From: Candidatus Kapaibacterium sp.
GTDB lineage: Bacteria; Patescibacteriota; Patescibacteriia; UBA9934
Assembly: GCA_044350705.1 (NCBI GenBank)
Contig: JBILHA010000002.1
Location: 178,295-242,294 of the forward strand
Reading direction: 5' to 3'
DNA length: 64,000 bases
In this document: one piece after another, positions 27,021-37,400 of the stretch
Layout of the letters: each line of letters opens with the position of its first letter
Numbering within the stretch: the stretch's first letter is position 1
Translations under genes and position numbers: made by a program
Notes under the pieces: generated by a model
What the model was told of the DNA's origin: nothing
Seen by the model: only the letters and a program-made list of their open reading frames with translations
The model's database searches: none

Positions 27021-27291
27021 AGGCTTCCATCCTATCGCAACGCGCTTCTAAGAGTTTCCAAAGGAGCTTCCATACAAGTTTCCAAGCGCACTTCCAAGAA
27101 CCCCCCTCCGGGGGAGGGCTTGGGAGGGGGCCCGGACTCTCATATAAGCCTCTGCGTTTCCCTTTATTCCCACCAGAAATCCCCGCGTTTCCATGAGAAA
27201 TCCCTGCGTATCCTCGCAAAATTCCCTTCACTTGCCTCTTTTCCCCACCCCACCTTGACCCCCCTCATTTATCCACTCTTTTTCCCAAAAC

Positions 27292-27320
27292 TTGCTTTTT
27301 TTCAAAATTTTCTGTTATAT
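27292..27320 (+). promoter_or_regulatory. Candidate sigma70-type promoter for the high-GC lipoprotein gene
   Basis: TTGCTT - 17 nt - TTATAT, about 135 nt upstream of the ATG at 27456. Confidence 0.35.
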
Positions 27321-27455
27321 TAGCGCTGTCTAGGCATCTCCTGCGGCGCAAGCCGAGGTGAGAAGCCAAAACACGTACCTTAAACAACACCACCCCACCC
27401 ACCCGGTAAGTGCCGGGAAAGGTGTCGTGGGCAGTCCATGAGTAAGGAGAGCGCC

Positions 27456-28205
27456 ATGCGCATCTTGATTCTGGCCGCCCTGCTGGGCGGCTGCGGGGGA
27501 TCCTCCCCCGACCTCGCCAACGGCGAGGTCGGCAACGACGGCAACGACACCAACCCGGATGACAAGACCGGCAAGGCCACCCTGTCCTACACCGTCTCGG
27601 TGATGGGCAAGGTCGAGCCCTGCAAGATCAACATCGAGTGCGAAGACATCGACCTGCTGACGGTCTCCTCCGGAGAAATCGTCGAAGTCGATGTCCCCGC
27701 CTCGTGCGTGATCTCTGCGGGTCTCCTGGACTACACCGACATCTTCGGGTACCCCGTCCACCTGGGCGAAGATGGCGAGTACTGGGCGGCAACCCCGCTC
27801 ACGCTCGACCTCGAGCCCCAGGACGAAATCCTGGATCAGTTCATCACCTTCAACGTCTTCGAGCCCGGCTACTACGACTGCGAGTACGACAAGTACGAGC
27901 TGGATGAGTCCGCCGGAGATCTCAAGGGCGAGCAGTGGATGGAGGACCATCCGGTGGACGAGCAGTTCATCGAGGTCGGCCAGGACGGCATCGTCGAGAT
28001 CGAGGGCAACAACGAAACCCTCGATGTCGTCGGTGGACCCCAAAGCCACCTGCAGACGGTCGACGACGGTCTCGTCCTCGTGGTGGCTGGTGAGGAAATC
28101 CCCTACTACATCGCCGAGTCCGACATCGGCGTTGACAACTTCTCCCTCACGGTGGTCAACACCGAGTTGGGACATGTGTCCGACGTCCGGTGCGAGCTGG
28201 ACTAG
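27456..28205 (+). CDS. Acidic lipoprotein of unknown function; high-GC gene
   Basis: Lipoprotein signal MRILILAALLGGC (lipobox LGGC) and a strong SD AAGGAG 7 nt upstream. GC is about 65%. The antisense 355-aa ORF is an artefact of the high GC. Confidence 0.7.
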   Translation: MRILILAALLGGCGGSSPDLANGEVGNDGNDTNPDDKTGKATLSYTVSVMGKVEPCKINIECEDIDLLTVSSGEIVEVDVPASCVISAGLLDYTDIFGYPVHLGEDGEYWAATPLTLDLEPQDEILDQFITFNVFEPGYYDCEYDKYELDESAGDLKGEQWMEDHPVDEQFIEVGQDGIVEIEGNNETLDVVGGPQSHLQTVDDGLVLVVAGEEIPYYIAESDIGVDNFSLTVVNTELGHVSDVRCELD

Positions 28206-28410
28206 GCGTGGGTGGGGGTCGCGTACCCCCGGTTCCGCAGCAGCGGGGCCGGGGGTCGCATCTTTTTTTGGGGAAGTAAGGAGTGAAAGGAAGGGTGAAC
28301 TTTTTATACTATTTCGTGTGGGAACGTTGGATTCCGGGTCCCCTCGGAGACCTCGGGGCAATGCAAGTCCGGAATGACAGAGCTCCAATCGGAACACCTA
28401 TCTCTAAATC

Positions 28411-28436
28411 AAAAACAGCTCATCTGAGCTGTTTTT
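28411..28436. terminator. Bidirectional terminator at the 3' end of the giant gene
   Basis: AAAAACAGCTCA-TC-TGAGCTGTTTTT: a perfect 12-bp stem flanked by A/T runs. Confidence 0.65.
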
Positions 28437-28439
28437 GAT

Positions 28440-31400
28440 TTACGGAGTTACCGTGATGACTCCATCGTACTCCACCCAAGGATTTATCGAGGAGTTTTGT
28501 TCTGGGTAAATTCCGTATGAACACTCGCTGTAATCCATTGTACTGGACGCATTGGCATCGTTGTACATTCCCACAAAGCATCCGCCTGGACTTGTCGTTC
28601 CATAGCTTGAAGTGCTTGATTCGATTGCGTTTCCATCCGTACATGTTCCCGTACACCAGCCCCAGTTGTCGCGGACGTGGACGCGGGGACGGAAGACGCA
28701 GGAATCTGCGGCATCGTCACCGGTTTCGTCGATCGCACAAGGGAACTCGTCGTATTCGCCGTCGCCATCGGTATCATCACAGCGGTCGCCACGAAGTACT
28801 TCTGATGTACAGGTATAGACGTGGTTGTAGTTGAAGTAGTACGGATCGCAGCTTTCATCGGTAAGACCCCATTCAGAATCAAGGTCACATTTTGATTCTT
28901 GCTGGCCGTCCTGCAAACCACGAGCGTTCTTGAAGTAGTTCTCGTCGTCATCTGATCCGGTTTGCATTCCGTCTCCCCAGTCAATCATGACCTGACGGAT
29001 AGGAAGCTGGTTCTTGTCTGCGGCCGCGTAGAACTTAATCGTCGCATTGAAGAACTGAATTCCGGATTGATCACCTGTTTCTTGACCGTTGAGGGTAATC
29101 GCACTCTGCGTTCCTTCTTCACACATAAGGCCGTCACTTGAACACGAACCGACATCGACCGCCCATACCGTTGGCGGAACTCCTTCTGCCGGACGGACGT
29201 CGTACGCTTCATCATCTGCATCATAGTCTGCCCATAGACTCGTCTCCGTAGGAAGAACGGAGAAATAATCTCCTACATCTTCCCAATCACCATCTATATA
29301 TTCTCGTTCACCTGTAAAGTCACCCTTCCAGATCCATAGGGCAGCATCTGCTACCGAAGCGAATACTTGCGTAATTGATTCAAGCGAGTACTGCAGTGGC
29401 TCTGAAGTCGCCGTATAGAAGTAGTATGAGGATGTATCTGATACGTATGCGTACGGATGTCCATCCCATCCATATCCCACACCGTCCCAGCTTCCTGTAA
29501 AGGTGAATGGAATATATGAGCGTGCTTGTAACAGCTCAGATGCAGGATCACCTAAGGTTCCTACGTCAGGATATCCGCTTGGGCACGAATCAAATGTAAC
29601 TCCCGTCGCAATCGTAATGTCGTCTCCTCCGTGATAGTTATCTGAGCACTGCGCTACATAGAATGGCGCTTCGTATTCCTGAACCGGCTTATCGAGATTG
29701 ATAGCGCCAAATATGCCTGGGGTTGTTTCTTGATTGTATTCAACATTGGAAGACAGGTCTGACTGCAGCGTATGTCCATTGTAAACACGATCCGTCCATG
29801 CATACGATCCTTCGTCATCAGATGAAACCTGCACTACTACAGAACATGCAATATTTTCATCCATAGCATCATGGAATCTGTCTGCATAGATTTCAGGAGC
29901 GTTCATCCAAAGATTTCGGTATCCGGTTCCTCCCGATGAGGACTCCGTATCGTCTGCACCGTCGCTTTGTGGATAGTCCGTAATATCTAGCACGTCATAG
30001 AAAATATCCGCCTCTGCGTATTCTCCTCCACGCATGTAAATACCGCGTACTTTACAGTCCTGATAATCATCTGCAACCGTGTCGAAATGACCGTAGGTTC
30101 TCTCCTCTGAATCGCTACTTCCGCTGCTCGTATCTCCTCCTCCTTCTTTTGGATTGAGCGATGCATACCAGACACGCGTTCCGTCATTACTCGTACCTTC
30201 ATTGGATATTCGACTATCTTCGCTTGGGTCACAAGACTCATAGTCGTACTCCACTTCCCCATCGCTTTCTACATATTTCGCAGAGTTCTCAGGAACGCAT
30301 ATATACGGACAGTCATTATCTCCCACGCCATCCCTACACGTATCAGCTGAGTAGTTATTACTCACTCCCGCACCACGGGCACGTGCTCCCATGATCGCAA
30401 AGAATCCCTCCGGGCAATGCACCGCCTGATCACAGGCCGCATCACTCGTGCTCCACGCATCCTCATCGTTACCCACACTACTATCATCACTCTCCGCACA
30501 TGCAACACCCTCCGTATATCCATCTTGAATTACGCTGCTTGGCGAAGGGGTGATCGTTGAGAATGCCTGTACGTCTGCACACATGTAAATATCTTCGAAG
30601 AATCCCGCGCTTGCGTACTTTGCCTGCAAGTCTGTATCTCCCTGTAGGCGGTCAACCGGCAACCAAGAGATACACGCCTGCTTTGTACGGTCGCCAAGGA
30701 TATTGAGCGACGTATCTTTCTCGAGACAGAAGCCATTCAAGCCGTAGATTACGTCTTCTCGGGTGGACTTTGCACAGGTCGATCCATCTCCACACTGCTC
30801 GTCTTCCGTGCAGTATCCTCCTGAACGCTCTCCACCCTGACATACACCCAATTGATCAGCTACCGCAATACAGGATCCGGATTCGCATGTGCTTCCATCA
30901 GTACATATTTCCCCTGCATCCGTATCCGCCTCTTCCTCACCATCTCCATCAAGATCACCTCCACAAATCGAGAATTCTGGATCCCAATCTTGGTTGTAGT
31001 ATCTCGTTTCCATCCCTTCTCCGAAGCTCACCTTGGTGTACGAACAGTCACATACTTCCCCATATGCACACGCTTCAACGTTCTCAAATCCCGAGAGAAG
31101 ATCGTAGGGCAATGCATCATACGTAGGATCGGTGTCAATCGTTCCTTGATCCGAAGGGTCATACCACGCTTCAACAACTTCATTTGGGAATGGACTCGTT
31201 CCCTCTGGGTATGCGCGACAAATCTTTCCTTCAGTAACGCCGTTTGCGTACGTTTCACCATCAGGCGTCAGCAAACACTTGCTATTGATACATGATCCGA
31301 GTTTGAGTTCGGCAGCGGGAATGAAGGTTTCTGCAGAGCTACAGGTGCTCGCTTCTGCGGTTTCACTATCGTAGTCTTCGATCGCCACGTCATTACCTAC

Positions 31401-34400
31401 TTCTGCACACGTACCGCTGTAACACGTTTGACCTTCTGAACAATCAGCTGCGGTCTGACAGAGTACCGGATTTCCACTGGCATCTTCGTCGAGGTCGTAA
31501 CATGCGCCAACAATACAGTCACCATCGCCGCATTGGTCGCTTGAAGCACATGCGGCACCGTTTGACGAGCAGTACCCCACTGCACACGCATTGCCATAAT
31601 CTTCCGAACAGCTTCCGGCATCAAGAACGAGCGCGTAGTCAACCTCATCAATGAGTCCTGCGGCTTCCGTCGCCTCTGGAGACATACAAATACCCGAACC
31701 CGCCATACATGCCTCTCCCACGGCTTCACACGAGGAGTCGCTGGCAAGCGAGGGGGAAGCTGTACTCGCACCATATACACAATATGCAATCGGGCTTACA
31801 TCAGCTTGACTCAGCGACTGCACGGGGAATAAATCAGGAATCGCCATGCCCGAGTATTCATTTCCATACCAAGAGGTATCGCGTGAGGCATACCACTCCT
31901 TATCAAAGAGCACATCTGGCTCTTCCATGTCCCACTCTGCGCAGGAGGAAGTTCCGGTTGTTGCATCGTAGTCGGTACAGAGCTCGATATCGGTACACGT
32001 GTTGATGAAGCTTGCGGTATCTTCGTCCCAACGTGGGTTATCGCTTGCACAGGCAAGCCATTCTGAACATGCACGGTCGCGATTTACTTTCAATACCGTG
32101 TTTACATCATTTTCTTGGCGAGGCACCCAATCGAAGTTTGCATTGAGTTCATCTTCCATCCATGCGCTAAATCCAAGCGATCCAAAAAGTCCTGGATCAA
32201 CACGTACCTGGGTTCCACACGTTACCGCTTCAACACTTCGTCCAGATTCACTTTCAACCAATGCACAGTCCGTAGAATCTACACAGGAGCCACCGAATAC
32301 GAAGAGGTCATCTCGATCGTAATCCCCCCCAAACGAGAGTTCGCTTGCGAGCTTTGCTCGATAGGTATCTCCATCGGTTAAATCGTATACCTCCCCGTAG
32401 TCATAAATACAGCGCGTAGCACAGAGGTCAATTTCAAGACCATCCGACGTGGTAATCGTTGTATCTCCCCCATTCTCACAATCGATAGGATCGACCAACC
32501 CGTATGGCTCGGTACCAAACAATTCATCAGCATGACGACTCGATACTTCCGTTGCAGAAGCATTTGCCGTAAGTGAGGTGCTGGACGTGTCATAGAACAT
32601 GGCACACCCGTTCTTGAGCGACACTTGTCCATCACACTTTTGACTATCCGAAAGGCCGTATTCACTTAGGGTGTCGTTGTTGAGATAGAAATAAGATGTT
32701 CCGTCGCTCATGCCGTAAATCTCCCCATCATCTTGCGCGAGGGTGTCCTGGAATTCGCTACAGGTGTCATAGGTTGCGTCACATGTTCCTGCCCAGCCGC
32801 CAAATCCAGCATCTCCGTTCTTCCAAATACCAGACTCATCCCCTCCAATGACATACGAAGGATTCTGCGCATTACAAGTCTCCCCCGATCCACAATCCGC
32901 GCTACTTCCACATGCATCTCCTTCATTTCCCCCGGAATCTTCACACGTTCCGTAACAGAAGTCCTGCGTTCCTTCGCGGAACCATCCGGTGTATCCCACC
33001 CCGTCTATCGTGACATCCGTGCGGTATTCACACTTTTGATCAAGCGGGTGCTTAAAGTAATACGTTGCCGCCTGGTTGGTTGTGAACGCATCACAGAAAA
33101 GCTCTTCATGGGCGCAGAGCGTGCTGTCGTATTCATCTGGAAGATTTAAGAAGTACACACTTTCTGCACCGTCCGTACTATTACGATCTTGATTCCAGTC
33201 TGGATCACCGAATTCTGTACATCCTGCAGCGGAAGCAGAGCACGTTACCTCGTCGGTCACCACCAAGAACATTGCCTGGTCTGCAGGCACGATGGTTGTT
33301 TCCGGTCCATACGAAACGGCAGTTTCGCCAAGTCCCCAAGCAGGCGTGAAGCCATCCATTGAGAAGAGACAGGAAGATTCACCTACCGCAATCGTACAAA
33401 GGTATGGCGAAGCCTCGTCGAAATCTGCCGAGGATTCATAGAAGTAATAACACGCGGTTGCCGATGTTGCAGTATCCGGCTCACTGTCTCCATCGTCGTC
33501 GATATTGTTACAGGTTGCGTTCACAGTTTTTGCCGTGTGACTTGCGCTTTCCTGGGTCTTGAAGAAGGCGTCGCATCCTACTTTGTCTTCATCACAGAGT
33601 GAGCTAAAGCTCTTGAGATACTCAGTCTCATCGTCTTGCGTCGTGTATTCCTGACAACCCAAGTAATACTGCGGGCTTGCATCTCCCGTGACCGATTGAT
33701 CGCACGACGCAGGGGTTACCCAAGAATCTCGGATCACCGTGATATTCTCCTCACCCTCTCGGAGAACGATATTGTCGACATATGCCGAACCCGTAGGCAC
33801 GAGCACAAGCGACGTACCCTCACCAAAACGTGGGTAATCCTCCGCATCCATGACGAGCGGTCCGAGAGTAATTTGCTGCCATCCGTCTTCAAGCTCTACT
33901 GCGCTATCAAATGCGAGATCAATAGAAGGAGATGAAGGATCTGCCTCAAAGTCAAAGCCTACCTCAAGCGTACCCGTTCCCTTTGCGACCACACTTACCG
34001 TGTAGGTTTTTCCGGCAAAGAGTTCGTTATGCAGCGTTCCGCAATAGCCATCATTCTCCGCTATCGTACATTCTCCACCAAAACTGAGCGCCGTACCCGC
34101 ACATCCTCCTTCGGTCGTACAGGTTCCCCCGTTATCTGCGATAAAGGAAGTGACCGGTCCGGTCATGAGCATGGAGTGCCCATCAGAAGCAAGTGATTCG
34201 TTACTGTAGGTCGCATATGAAGCTGATGCCGCATCCCATTGATTGAGCGTTCCGCTTTCAAAGATTTCTTCGAGCACTAAACGACTATTTCTGCTTCGAC
34301 CTCCTGCGTATGCACGACAACCGTTTGCCGAGGCATCACACGAGGTACTTTCTTCTGGGTAGCCGTAATAGCGACACTCTCCCGAGTCTCCCACGTAGTA

Positions 34401-37400
34401 TCCTCCTGAATCTTCACAAGTGATCTGTTGCGCTGCCGCTGTCTCCCCTGCGACTTCCGTCTTTCGGTATGCCTGACAGGAATTATGAATCGTCACGGTT
34501 TTTGTCCATTCTCGGTAATGAATGTTTCCGCTTTCGTCGTAGAATTCTCGACAATCTGCGTTCGTAAAGATATCTGCACGGGAGTTACAGTCTTCCGTAT
34601 CCCAATCGTAATAGCCGTCTCCATCATCATCAGCGGAGTCATTACAAGTAATGCCGTCATCGGTCGCGGTCCAGTTACTACAAGGCGCCAAGTTAGGAGC
34701 GGTATCGGTTACCCCATCGGTTCCTGTGTGCGTATAGCTTGAAGAACCGAGATCTGACTCCAAGAGCGTCCAGGTTTGCAGCTGATATCCGTCTTCATCT
34801 GATCCCTCCCAGGTGTAATATGTCGCTTCTGTTCCTGCAGCTTGTGTTTCAGTGACACATGCACGCAAGAAGCTGTAGTACTCCTGCTCTTCTGTTGCGA
34901 GGTTGGTAAATTCGTCACATCCCACTTCTTCAGCGGAACACTCAGTTGCGGTATCAGGAATGAAGTACACCGCATCTATTCCATCAGGTTCATAGAGCGT
35001 TGCCTCTTGGCGATAGGTGTCGTATCCCGCACACTCCGAAGGACAGCTATCTAACTCCGTTGCAATACCTGAAAGCGCAGGATCGCCGTTTGTTGGGGTG
35101 TACATCGTACATCCCATGTCTTGCTCGGAGCACACCTGTGCGTAGTTTGCACATTCCGCAGGATCATCTTCGCTTCCAGTACATCCAAGATATGCAGGCG
35201 CAACCTTTGCGACTACGGTCGTGTAGTCGGTGTCGCTATATCCATTTACTGGAGTAGACGTATCTTCCCCTTGTTCGAGCTGCATGCTATCAACATAGCC
35301 ATCGAATGCGAGAACGTATAAATCACCGAATACGCGCAATGACGGCTCTGGCAGAGGCGGAACGGTAAAGGTACAGCTAAAACGCTCATACGACGTTCCT
35401 TCCGGCTGCATGTTTTCAATTCCTACCCCGTCGGTTCTTGTTGCGCCAAAAATATCTACGTAGCTATCGTCACAATCTCCAATAATTGCCAGTCCTTCAA
35501 TATCAATGCCCGCTCCTTCTTCATCTTTCAATGCTAATCCTACGCTTACCGTATCGGTACCTGCATCGGTTGCTTGGCGCGCATAAAATGAAAGCGTGTA
35601 GGTACTTGCTTGCGTTAATTCAATACCAGGCTGATAGAGCGCTCCACGCCCACCGGATCCTGGAGAAATCGCCACCTCTCCCTCTCTTGCAACACTGCCA
35701 TCCAAAGAAACGGTTGAAGGCCATGAGGTTCCTGCAAGGTGATAATCAAACCAGCCGTCTGGACGGTCATCGCTGTCGTCATCCTCTTCAAAACTTGGGT
35801 TCAATACGACATTGAGGCGAAGATCGGTGTCGCGTTCGATCAGCGTGGAACATCCTCCTTCTTCTTCATCGCAATCTTCGATCTGACTATTGAAGTAGAT
35901 ACGAGATGCGTATGTTTCGCTGTCTGCATCCGCGCCTGCAATATCATCAATTGCCGCAAAAGCAAATGTTCCGTCATCTTGTTGCTCTTTTACCGTGTTA
36001 TACCAGCGACATCCTACGGTGTCCGAAGTACAAGGTCCGGGATCAACGGTATTCTTTAACAGCGCGATATCATCCCCCGCTGAATCTTCAAACACCAAAC
36101 AAGAAGCCGCGTATTCTGGACAGCTCTCTCCGCGGAATTGCCACGTATTTTCTTCTGCCACACAGTAGCCGTATCCTCCAATACAGTTTCCATTTTCATC
36201 CTCTGCGATACAGCTTGGCATATCCACACACACCTGTGCGCGTTCATCTGCCTCCTTGGTCAGCAAAAGTTCTCCATACGCCTGCATGCGGCACTGGGTA
36301 TCCGGGTACTTCAGCACCCAATCCGGATCGATCATTTTGCACCAGGGATGGTTATCATCCGGAAGGCCATCTGGACCGCAGGAGTTAAATCCGTTGATTA
36401 CCTCCTGAAGGGTAACCGGGCTTTCTGCAGAATTTGCTGAGGAATTTGCCGCAAGTTCCCATCCGATAGAAATTACGCGTGCTTTTCGAAGCTTTACCAA
36501 GTTTCCATAACAGAATCCATACGTGTAACAGAAAGCATCCTGGTTGCGAGCCGCGTCAGAGGAAGGAATGAGCGGCCAATCCCCATTCATAAGACCGTCA
36601 TCGATCGCTTCTTCAATGGTTAGGGGCGCCCCAGACTCTGCTCGTGCAATTGCTGATACAAAATTTGAATCCGCTACACAGTTATATAGTCCGCGCGTTG
36701 ATGAACCTGGGCAGGTAATAAACTCCGACAGAATACTGTAGTTCGTAATCTGCAACGGCGCTGCAGTGAGCAATGAGCGATACCGATCTGCCGCTGCCTG
36801 CTGCGTTCCGAGCGCAAAACTCTCAGGATCAAACGGATCAACCTGCGTCACGTCAAAATCAAAGAGCCCCATCCAAATGCGCTCCTGGAGCTTTGAAAGC
36901 AGGGTATTCGTAAATACACTTGCTGCATGTATTCCCACCTGTCTAATCAGGTCTTTATTTCCCAGCATGGCGAATGTTGCCTGCTGACGTACATCTCCAC
37001 TGTTTTTCTGCGCATCTTTTACCTGCGTTGAAAGGATATCAGCCGGAGTTTCTACATTTCCCGTAATAAAATCTACAATATCCTTAAATCCTCCATCATT
37101 GAGCTTTTTCTGTACACCGATCAGGGGAAGAAAAGTCGTTTCTCCAAAGACATCGGTATACACCCCAAGTCCCGCGCCAAACTCTGCCTTTTGGGGATCG
37201 TACATGTTGGCAAGTTCCGCAAGGACGAGCTGGTTTTTAAAAGGCGCTTTGTATCCCTCTAAATCTGCAATAAATGCCTGCCAAGTTCCTTCTGGACCAA
37301 ACATTTTGTTAAAGTCACATTTTGGCTCTGGACGATCGAAGACCCCCTTAATACCCAACTTGAACTGCAGCAAAATGTACGGGGTTGAAGGCGCACAAAG

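Noticed and set aside
26370-27323. 317-aa plus-strand ORF spanning the DUF559 region
   Set aside because: It overlaps the well-supported DUF559 gene on the opposite strand. Its sequence is low-complexity and repeat-driven with no motifs.
27330-28397. 355-aa minus-strand ORF antisense to the high-GC lipoprotein gene
   Set aside because: The translation is low-complexity (Pro/Gly/Arg/Val-rich) and typical of an antisense frame in GC3-rich DNA. The plus-strand gene has a lipoprotein signal, an SD and a promoter.
11068-28400. Whole tRNA-Arg-to-island segment as an integrative conjugative element
   Set aside because: It was considered because the T4SS array abuts a tRNA 3' end. There is no integrase, relaxase or direct repeat of the tRNA 3' end, and the segment contains housekeeping znu/comFC genes. 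I treat the T4SS as chromosomal and mention the ICE idea only as an alternative.
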